8,897 bases of DNA. Origin: a virus. Lineage: Duplodnaviria; Heunggongvirae; Uroviricota; Caudoviricetes. The notes under the pieces are model-generated. The model made no database searches and was not told the origin of the DNA. It was given only the letters and a program-made list of their open reading frames with translations. Every line of letters begins with the position of its first letter. Position 1 is the first letter of the stretch. The stretch lies in IMG/VR virus record IMGVR_UViG_2671180852_000010. One strand, written 5' to 3'. Positions 1-5,392 of this stretch are shown in pieces. Made by a program: the position numbers and the translations under genes.

Positions 1-46
1 TAAAAAAAGAACAAATGGTAGTGTCCGCTATTGCCAGTACACCTCA
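1..46 (+). mobile_element. Right terminus of an IS3-family insertion sequence whose body lies upstream of the window; bases 1-3 correspond to the orfB stop codon
   Basis: Bases 1-46 are identical to 5138-5183, which directly follow the transposase OrfB stop (TAA 5138-5140) of the internal IS copy. The segment ends in ...CCTCA, matching the 5'-TG...CA-3' ends typical of IS3-family elements. The exact end is uncertain by a few bp. Confidence 0.45.
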
Positions 47-245
47 TCCATCACCGAAAAAAATTGGCTTTTACACCATTGGCGATAAAAGCATTTACCT
101 GTATGACCTACGCCGCATGGATGAAATCATGGAGGCTCTTGATAATCGTTCGTCGATGGATTGGTGTGTTGCTGTTCATGATATGAATGCAGGGTTTGAT
201 GAAAAGATTTTGTTCCCCTCATCAGTTGAAAGCACTGCGGGTTAA
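47..245 (+). pseudogene. 3' fragment of an unidentified gene, apparently interrupted by the IS insertion (about 66 codons ending ...FPSSVESTAG)
   Basis: The frame is open from inside the IS terminus through to TAA at 243-245. The ATG at 15 reported in the ORF track lies inside the presumed IS terminal sequence, so the 76-aa ORF is probably chimeric. No family recognised. Confidence 0.3.
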
Positions 246-255
246 GGAGTAACAC

Positions 256-423
256 ATGACCACTATTACCAAAGAACGTATTGAATTGTTCATTAAAAAC
301 CCGCTTGAAAACGGGCTTACCCGTGGTGAACAAATGGAACTGGCACGGATTGCGCTGGCATCGCTGGAAGCAGAGCCGGTTGTGTTCTGGTTTGAAAAAT
401 ATCAAGAAGGGGCTACGGCATGA
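256..423 (+). CDS. Hypothetical 55-aa protein ([12 protein letters not shown]...), short paralog of the N-terminal half of the next ORF
   Basis: ATG at 256 preceded by AAGGAG (244-249). The stop TGA 421-423 overlaps the next start ATG 420-422 (ATGA). Shares the MTT(I/F)T(K/R)E start, the IAL(A/V)SL(E/A)AEP motif and FEKYQEG versus HEYKPVG with ORF 420-764. It falls below the ORF-track length cutoff. Confidence 0.5.
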   Translation: MTTITKERIELFIKNPLENGLTRGEQMELARIALASLEAEPVVFWFEKYQEGATA

Positions 424-764
424 CGACTTTTACCAGAGAGCAGTTAATAGCTCACGCAGAGGAGACTATTGAAGCACAGAGACTGTGCATACCGGGCACA
501 ATCGACCATGACATCATCCGCACATATAAGATGGATATTGCTGTTCTGGAAATCGCACTGGTATCGCTGGCAGCAGAGCCAGCCGGTAAATTGCATGAAT
601 ACAAACCAGTGGGATATCAGCGTCTGGTCGATGAGTTAACCATGCTGGTAAAGCAGTTAACCTGGCAACTGAGGAAAGCGAAGCCAGACTGCAAATTACC
701 GGATAAGGCGATGAGTTATCTGGAGCGGAACGGACTGATAAGCGTGGAGGATATTTTACGATGA
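420..764 (+). CDS. Hypothetical 114-aa protein ([15 protein letters not shown]...), family not recognised
   Basis: Translationally coupled to both neighbours by ATGA overlaps at 420-423 and 761-764. Paralogous to the preceding 55-aa ORF. An identical copy lies at 5557-5901. Confidence 0.6.
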   Translation: MTTFTREQLIAHAEETIEAQRLCIPGTIDHDIIRTYKMDIAVLEIALVSLAAEPAGKLHEYKPVGYQRLVDELTMLVKQLTWQLRKAKPDCKLPDKAMSYLERNGLISVEDILR

Positions 765-844
765 CCTGGCCTGAAGCATTAACAACGGTAGGAATTGCGA
801 TGGCGGTGGCGCTGGTGGTGTATTCGATTTGCCGCTGGGGATAA
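761..844 (+). CDS. 27-aa hydrophobic mini-protein ([27 protein letters not shown]), predicted single transmembrane helix
   Basis: ATG 761 overlaps the upstream stop (ATGA); TAA at 842-844. The hydrophobic core is flanked by W/R residues. It is short enough that the call is tentative. Confidence 0.3.
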   Translation: MTWPEALTTVGIAMAVALVVYSICRWG

Positions 845-1055
845 AAACGGTTTGCGGGAAAAGGAGAGTTAAGTAGAATTGCAGCGGGTGCTTGAGGCTA
901 TCTGTCTCAGGCATGAACACCAAAAGGCAGATAGAGAAAAGCCCCAGTTAACATTACGCGTCCGGCAAGACGCTTAACATTAATCTGAGGCTCAATCTAT
1001 GAACGGCAAATCTAGGTTAGCCTCTTACGTGCCGAAAGGCAAGGAGAAGCAGGCT

Positions 1056-1211
1056 ATGAAGCAGCAAAAGGCGATGTTAATCGCCCTGATCGTCATCTGT
1101 TTAACCGTCATAGTGACGGCACTGGTAACGAGGAAAGACCTCTGCGAGGTACGAATTCGAACCGGCCAGACGGAGGTCGCTGTCTTCACAGCTTACGAAC
1201 CTGAGGAGTAA
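1056..1211 (+). CDS. hokD: Hok/Gef-family type I toxin, 51 aa (MKQQKAMLIALIVICLTVIVTALVTRKDLCEVRIRTGQTEVAVFTAYEPEE)
   Basis: The translation matches the Hok/Gef family signature (single transmembrane helix, TRKDLCEV motif, C-terminal periplasmic tail) and matches my recollection of E. coli K-12 HokD. AAGGAG at 1041-1046 lies 9 nt before the ATG. The downstream order rem, ydfU, Q fits the Qin prophage context. The ORF track extends this frame upstream to ATG 999 (70 aa). Confidence 0.85.
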   Translation: MKQQKAMLIALIVICLTVIVTALVTRKDLCEVRIRTGQTEVAVFTAYEPEE

Positions 1212-1281
1212 GAGACCAGGCGGGGGAGAAATCCCTCGCCACCTCTGATGGGTCAGGCATCCTCAATGCACCCACACTTAA

Positions 1282-1306
1282 CCCGCTTCGGCGGGTTTTT
1301 GTTTTT
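1282..1306 (+). terminator. Rho-independent terminator-like hairpin downstream of hok
   Basis: Stem CCCGC (1282-1286), loop TTCG, stem GCGGG (1291-1295), followed by TTTTTGTTTTT. Confidence 0.6.
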
Positions 1307-1319
1307 ATTTTCAACGCGT

Positions 1320-1349
1320 TTGAAGTTTTAGATGGTGCCGGAATAGAAT
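1320..1349 (+). promoter_or_regulatory. Candidate sigma70 promoter upstream of the rem-ydfU-rusA-Q gene string
   Basis: TTGAAG (1320-1325), 18-nt spacer, TAGAAT (1344-1349). Both hexamers are retained at 6457-6486 in module 2 even though the surrounding sequence has diverged. Confidence 0.3.
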
Positions 1350-1428
1350 CAAAAATACTTAAGTAGCGCGCAGGGAGAAGAGGGATGGACCCCGAACAGG
1401 GGAGTGCTATTTATCTGGAAGGATTCTG

Positions 1429-1787
1429 TTGATGAAAATCGAAGAATTACGTGAAATTTTTAGTGAAGATGGCCTCTATACTGTGCGCGTTGAGAATGGC
1501 GCTATTGTCAGCCACTGCCTTCCAGACTACACAATTCTGATAATTCAGCCGTCTTTGCCAGCAGGCACGGGCGGCGCTCTCACGCATTTAAATCTGATTG
1601 GTACCAGCATCCCCCATGCACTGAAGAACAGGCCGAATGGCTCATTCAGTGTTACCGCAGGCGCGGATGCGAGGTTAAAAAAGCCCTTAGCCTCGACTAC
1701 CGTCACTGGATAATCTCCGTCAGGCTCCCTTACTCCGAACGGCCAACGCGTCCGTCCCGCACATTCCAGCAACGGATCTGGAGGTAA
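1429..1787 (+). pseudogene. Deletion-disrupted region: rem 5' portion fused out of frame to the start-less 3' portion of the homolog of the module-2 92-aa ORF
   Basis: Module 1 is about 238 bp shorter than module 2 between the rem start and the ydfU start. ORF 1429-1713 has a Rem-like N-terminus (MMKIEELREIF...VENGAIVSH) and then reads the downstream gene in the wrong frame. The correct frame of that gene (ending TAA 1785-1787) has no ATG/GTG/TTG start after the stop at 1491-1493. Confidence 0.5.
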
Positions 1788-1788
1788 T

Positions 1789-2847
1789 GTGCGGGTATTA
1801 CTTCGACCTGTTCTGGTACCGGAACTCGGTCTGGTTATCGTTAAGCCAGGCCGTGAATCAATGTCAGCATTCCATAACGGCAGAATACTGGTGGAGCCGG
1901 AACCAAAAAGCATGCGTAATCTGCCGTCCGGGGTCGTTCCTGCCGCTCGCCAGCCGCTGGTGGAAGACAAAACATTGCTGCCGTTTTTCAGTAACGCACG
2001 GGTGATTCGTGCTGCTGGTGGTGCTGGTGCATTGTCTGACTGGCTGTTGCGCCATATTAAATCCTGCCAGTGGCCACACGGCGATTATCATCACAGCGAA
2101 ACCGTCATTCACCGTTATGGTACCGGCGCAATGGTGTTGTGCTGGCACTGCGACAACCAGCTGCGTGACCAGACATCCGAATCACTCGAGCAACTTGCTC
2201 ATCAAAACCTGTCAGCATGGATGATTGACGTCATCGGTCACGCAATAAGCGGTACGCAGGAGCGTGAATTATCTCTGGCTGAATTATCCTGGTGGGCGGT
2301 CCGCAATCAGGTGGCGGACGCGCTACCGGAAGCGGTATTACGTCGTTCGCTGGGGTTGCGTGCGGAAAAAATTCGCTCTGTGTACAGTGAAAGCGACATC
2401 ATACCGGGAGAGCAGACAGCCACCAGCATACTGAAGCAGCGCACAAAAAATATTGCGTTACTGCCTCACGTCCACCAGCAACAGAACCCACCACAGGAAA
2501 AGACGGTGGTCAGCATTGCCGTTGATCCGGAGTCACCGGCTCAGTATCTCCAGCGCCAGAAATCACAACGGGAAGAGATGCCTGTATACACGCGCTGGGT
2601 AAAAACGCAGAAATGCATGACGTGTGGCAATCAGGCAGATGATCCGCATCACATCATTGGTCATGGACTGGGAGGGATGGGAACAAAGGCTGATGATTTG
2701 TTTGTTATTCCGTTATGCCGTAAATGCCGTAACGAACTACATGCCGGAGTAAAAGATTTTGAAGAGAAACACGGCAGTCAGCTGTTGTTGCTGATTCGTT
2801 TTTTAATGCACGCGAGAAATTCGGGTGTTCTGAAGTGGAAAGCATAA
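1789..2847 (+). CDS. ydfU: YdfU-like DUF968 prophage protein, 352 aa, with a C-terminal HNH-like Cys/His motif
   Basis: GTG start at 1789 with GGAGG 5 nt upstream. C-terminal CMTCGNQADDPHH...LCRKCRNELH. Paralog at 7163-8209. Its position between rem and Q matches Qin ydfU. Confidence 0.8.
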   Translation: MRVLLRPVLVPELGLVIVKPGRESMSAFHNGRILVEPEPKSMRNLPSGVVPAARQPLVEDKTLLPFFSNARVIRAAGGAGALSDWLLRHIKSCQWPHGDYHHSETVIHRYGTGAMVLCWHCDNQLRDQTSESLEQLAHQNLSAWMIDVIGHAISGTQERELSLAELSWWAVRNQVADALPEAVLRRSLGLRAEKIRSVYSESDIIPGEQTATSILKQRTKNIALLPHVHQQQNPPQEKTVVSIAVDPESPAQYLQRQKSQREEMPVYTRWVKTQKCMTCGNQADDPHHIIGHGLGGMGTKADDLFVIPLCRKCRNELHAGVKDFEEKHGSQLLLLIRFLMHARNSGVLKWKA

Positions 2848-3228
2848 ATGACCGAGCGCATAGAATTTGTTTTACCTTACCCGCCGACGGTGAACACTTA
2901 CTGGCGTCGTCGTGGCAGCACATATTTTGTATCAAAAGCCGGGGAGCGTTATCGCCGGGCAGTGGCGCTTATTGTTCGCCAGCAGCGGCTGAAATTAAGC
3001 CTGTCCGGAAGGTTGGCAATAAAAATTATTGCAGAACCACCGGATAAGCGCCGCCGTGACCTGGACAATATTCTGAAAGCGCCGCTGGATGCGCTGACGC
3101 ATGCGGGGTTGCTAATGGACGATGAGCAGTTTGATGAAATCAATATCGTTCGTGCTCAGCCAGTATCTGGTGGACGTCTGGGGGTGAAGATTTATCCCAT
3201 AATGCTTGAAGGGCAGGTCAAAAAATGA
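2848..3228 (+). CDS. rusA: RusA-family Holliday junction resolvase (crossover junction endodeoxyribonuclease), 126 aa
   Basis: PDKRRRDLDNILKAPLDALTHAGLLMDDEQ matches the RusA catalytic-core pattern (K-12 RusA has [30 protein letters not shown]). The stop overlaps the Q start (ATGA at 3225-3228). Confidence 0.85.
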   Translation: MTERIEFVLPYPPTVNTYWRRRGSTYFVSKAGERYRRAVALIVRQQRLKLSLSGRLAIKIIAEPPDKRRRDLDNILKAPLDALTHAGLLMDDEQFDEINIVRAQPVSGGRLGVKIYPIMLEGQVKK

Positions 3229-4286
3229 AACTGGAAGATTTACCGAAATACTACTCCCCAAAATCCCCCGGCCTGACTGATGCATCGGCCTCAACGTCGA
3301 AAGATGCGCTGAGTATCACTGATGTGATGGCCGCGCAGGGCATGACACAGAATCGGGCTGAGATGGGGGTTTCTGCGTTCCTTGGGAAAATGGGCATTAG
3401 TATGAATGACAGAGAGCGGGCAACAGAATTGCTGACAGAATATGCACTCAGTCGGTGTGATCGCGTGGCGGCGTTAAGAAAACTCCCGGCAGAAATAAAA
3501 CCGGCAGTGATGCGTATTATGGCTTCGTATGCGTTTGAAGATTATGCCCGTAGCGCGGCGAGCAAAAAACAGTGCCCCTGCTGTCACGGAAAAAAATTTA
3601 TTGAAAGCGAGGTTTTTACAAACAAGATCCAGTATCCGGATGGTAAGCCGCCGGTATGGGCAAAGTGTACGAAAGGTGTGTATCCGTCTTACTGGGAAGA
3701 ATGGAAAAAAGTCAGGGAGGTGGTAAAAGTTGCCTGTCCGGAGTGTGGCGGAAAGGGTGAGGTTTCCACCGCCTGTAAGGATTGCCGTGGGCGTGGTGTC
3801 GCCATTCATCGTGAAGAGTCGGTAAAACGTGGTATGCCTGTTATCAGAGACTGCCAGCGTTGTGGTGGTCGTGGCTATGAAAGACTACCATCAACGGAGG
3901 CATTTAATGCTATATGCGAGGTGACAAACCAGATAACACGCGCGTCATGGGAAAAAACAGTTAAGAAATTTTATGATGCGCTGGTGACCCGGTTTGATAT
4001 TGAAGAAGCATGGGCTGAGCGGCAGTTAAAAAAGGTAACTAGGTATGAAAATCAACTTTCGATCAGTGAAGGCGCTTCCCGATTATCTCTTCCTGAAGGC
4101 ACTTTAGGACAATGGGTTACCGCCGCAAGAAAAGGGCTCAATACACCAGGCTCCCGCACAGTGGCTGAGCTGGAATCTGAAGTTATGCAACTGCGTAAGG
4201 CTTTAAATGAAGCACGACTTGAGCGAGATATATTAAAAAAAGCAACAGCGTATTTTGCACAGGAGTCGCTGAAAAATACGCGTTAA
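3225..4286 (+). CDS. Chimeric ORF: Q-type late antiterminator (about aa 1-274) joined in frame to the C-terminal part of an IS3-family OrfA (from about aa 275)
   Basis: The N-terminal 270 aa or so are about 95% identical to the partial Q' at 8593-8897 and carry four CxxC pairs. From about nt 4047 the translation (ENQLSISEGASRLSLPEGTLGQWV...ERDILKKATAYFAQESLKNTR) is a typical IS3-family OrfA helix-turn-helix and leucine-zipper C-terminus that lacks its own N-terminus. Confidence 0.7.
   Translation: MKLEDLPKYYSPKSPGLTDASASTSKDALSITDVMAAQGMTQNRAEMGVSAFLGKMGISMNDRERATELLTEYALSRCDRVAALRKLPAEIKPAVMRIMASYAFEDYARSAASKKQCPCCHGKKFIESEVFTNKIQYPDGKPPVWAKCTKGVYPSYWEEWKKVREVVKVACPECGGKGEVSTACKDCRGRGVAIHREESVKRGMPVIRDCQRCGGRGYERLPSTEAFNAICEVTNQITRASWEKTVKKFYDALVTRFDIEEAWAERQLKKVTRYENQLSISEGASRLSLPEGTLGQWVTAARKGLNTPGSRTVAELESEVMQLRKALNEARLERDILKKATAYFAQESLKNTR
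4235..4241 (+). other. Candidate programmed -1 ribosomal frameshift heptamer A AAA AAA (followed by G) for OrfAB fusion synthesis
   Basis: Heptamer in the OrfA zero frame (TTA AAA AAA GCA). The -1 frame is open from here into OrfB (KKSNSVFCTGVAEKYALIEQWRQQFPIEAMCQVFGVSRSGYY...). A 9-bp stem-loop begins 6 nt downstream (4248-4256 pairing with 4273-4281). Confidence 0.5.
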
Positions 4287-4321
4287 TCGAACAATGGCGA
4301 CAACAATTTCCCATTGAAGCG

Positions 4322-5140
4322 ATGTGTCAGGTATTTGGTGTATCCAGGAGCGGTTATTACAACTGGGTACAGCATGAACCCTCAGACAGAAAACAAAGTG
4401 ATGAGCGGCTAAAACTGGAGATTAAGGTGGCACATATCCGCACTCGCGAAACATATGGAACCCGGCGGCTCCAGACGGAGCTGGCAGAGAATGGCATCAT
4501 CGTTGGTCGTGACCGACTGGCACGTCTTCGTAAGGAGCTAAGGCTACGCTGTAAGCAGAAACGCAAGTTCAGAGCGACTACGAACTCGAACCACAATCTG
4601 CCAGTTGCGCCAAATCTGCTGAACCAGACGTTCGCTCCTACAGCACCAAATCAGGTCTGGGTGGCGGACCTGACGTATGTTGCCACACAGGAGGGATGGT
4701 TGTACCTCGCTGGCATCAAAGATGTTTATACGTGCGAAATTGTCGGCTACGCCATGGGAGAGCGCATGACAAAAGAGCTGACAGGTAAAGCCCTGTTTAT
4801 GGCGCTCAGGAGCCAGCGCCCACCTGCCGGGCTAATCCACCACTCTGATCGAGGTTCACAGTACTGCGCATACGATTACCGGGTCATACAGGAGCAGTCT
4901 GGTCTGAAAACATCAATGTCGCGTAAAGGTAACTGTTACGACAACGCTCCGATGGAAAGCTTCTGGGGAACGCTGAAAAATGAGAGCCTGAGCCACTATC
5001 GTTTTAATAACCGGGATGAAGCCATCTCAGTAATACGGGAATACATTGAGATTTTCTACAATCGTCAGCGTCGTCACTCTCGTCTGGGGAATATCTCCCC
5101 GGCAGCCTTCAGGGAAAAATATCATCAGATGGCTGCTTAA
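4322..5140 (+). CDS. IS3-family transposase OrfB (DDE / rve integrase core); the coordinates are the standalone ORF, which in vivo is probably made as an OrfAB frameshift product
   Basis: Conserved IS3-family OrfB features: VWVADLTYV, HSDRGSQY, a KGNCYDNAPMESFWGTLK segment containing the catalytic E, and a C-terminal YNRQRRHSRLGNISP. It is in the -1 frame relative to OrfA. Confidence 0.85.
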   Translation: MCQVFGVSRSGYYNWVQHEPSDRKQSDERLKLEIKVAHIRTRETYGTRRLQTELAENGIIVGRDRLARLRKELRLRCKQKRKFRATTNSNHNLPVAPNLLNQTFAPTAPNQVWVADLTYVATQEGWLYLAGIKDVYTCEIVGYAMGERMTKELTGKALFMALRSQRPPAGLIHHSDRGSQYCAYDYRVIQEQSGLKTSMSRKGNCYDNAPMESFWGTLKNESLSHYRFNNRDEAISVIREYIEIFYNRQRRHSRLGNISPAAFREKYHQMAA

Positions 5141-5183
5141 AAAAAGAACAAATGGTAGTGTCCGCTATTGCCAGTACACCTCA

Positions 5184-5382
5184 TCCATCACCGAAAAAAA
5201 TTGGCTTTTACACCATTGGCGATAAAAGCATTTACCTGTATGACCTACGCCGCATGGATGAAATCATGGAGGCTCTTGATAATCGTTCGTCGATGGATTG
5301 GTGTGTTGCTGTTCATGATATGAATGCAGGGTTTGATGAAAAGATTTTGTTCCCCTCATCAGTTGAAAGCACTGCGGGTTAA
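5184..5382 (+). pseudogene. Second copy of the 3' fragment of the IS-interrupted gene (identical to 47-245)
   Basis: Identical sequence directly downstream of the IS right end. Confidence 0.3.
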
Positions 5383-5392
5383 GGAGTAACAC

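Larger units (their letters stand above)
1..1216 (+). repeat. Direct repeat copy A (apparently identical to 5138-6353)
   Basis: Proteins in the track are identical pairwise, and non-coding stretches compared by eye are identical. The first mismatch is at 1217 (A) versus 6354 (C). Confidence 0.85.
4047..5183 (+). mobile_element. 5'-truncated IS3-family insertion sequence (IS600-like, identity unverified): OrfA remnant, frameshift window, OrfB, right end
   Basis: OrfA-like sequence begins abruptly inside the Q reading frame, with no left inverted repeat or OrfA start. OrfB lies in the -1 frame relative to OrfA. The right end ...CCTCA is at about 5183. The left boundary is approximate (within about 10 bp). 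Confidence 0.7.

Noticed and set aside
54-60. A7 homopolymer tracts as phase-variation switches (54-60, 3592-3598, 5191-5197)
   Set aside because: The tracts are short and sit in frame inside coding sequence. Only the tract at 4235-4241 has the context of a programmed frameshift site.
15-245. Full 76-aa ORF starting at ATG 15
   Set aside because: The start codon lies inside the presumed IS terminal sequence, so only the portion after about 47 is likely host or prophage coding sequence. Reported as a gene fragment instead.
127-405. Minus-strand 92-aa ORF (and its copy at 5264-5542)
   Set aside because: It lies antisense across the plus-strand genes, has no ribosome-binding site and no recognisable family. 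It is most likely a shadow ORF.
281-472. Plus-strand 63-aa ORF in an alternative frame (copy at 5418-5609)
   Set aside because: It overlaps the 55-aa and 114-aa ORFs out of frame. The translation is low-complexity and basic, and there is no ribosome-binding site.
999-1055. In-frame upstream extension of hok (the 70-aa ORF of the track) as the true start, or a separate mok
   Set aside because: Not called as a feature. The 51-aa Hok from ATG 1056 with AAGGAG is the conserved toxin. Whether the upstream ATG is used cannot be decided from sequence alone.
1545-1970. Minus-strand 141-aa ORF (with a partial counterpart at 6967-7287) and minus-strand 1864-2148
   Set aside because: They lie antisense to the rem/ydfU region and are conserved only because the sense-strand genes are conserved. 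The translations are Arg/Ser/Gly/Thr-rich.
1787-2005. Plus-strand ORF MCGYYFDLF... starting at ATG 1787, plus alternative-frame ORFs 2009-2224 and 7383-7598
   Set aside because: These are alternative frames inside ydfU. The GTG frame at 1789 gives the long conserved protein, paralogous between the two modules.
2705-3294. Minus-strand ORFs 2705-2935, 2949-3143 and 3112-3294, and plus-strand 2835-3047 (with their module-2 counterparts)
   Set aside because: All overlap the ydfU 3' end, rusA or the Q start in the wrong frame or on the wrong strand. They are shadow ORFs.
3474-3809. Minus-strand 111-aa ORF and plus-strand 3529-3726 inside Q
   Set aside because: They are antisense or out of frame relative to the well-supported Q coding sequence.
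4357-4596. Minus-strand 79-aa ORF inside the transposase gene
   Set aside because: It lies antisense within OrfB and has no independent support.
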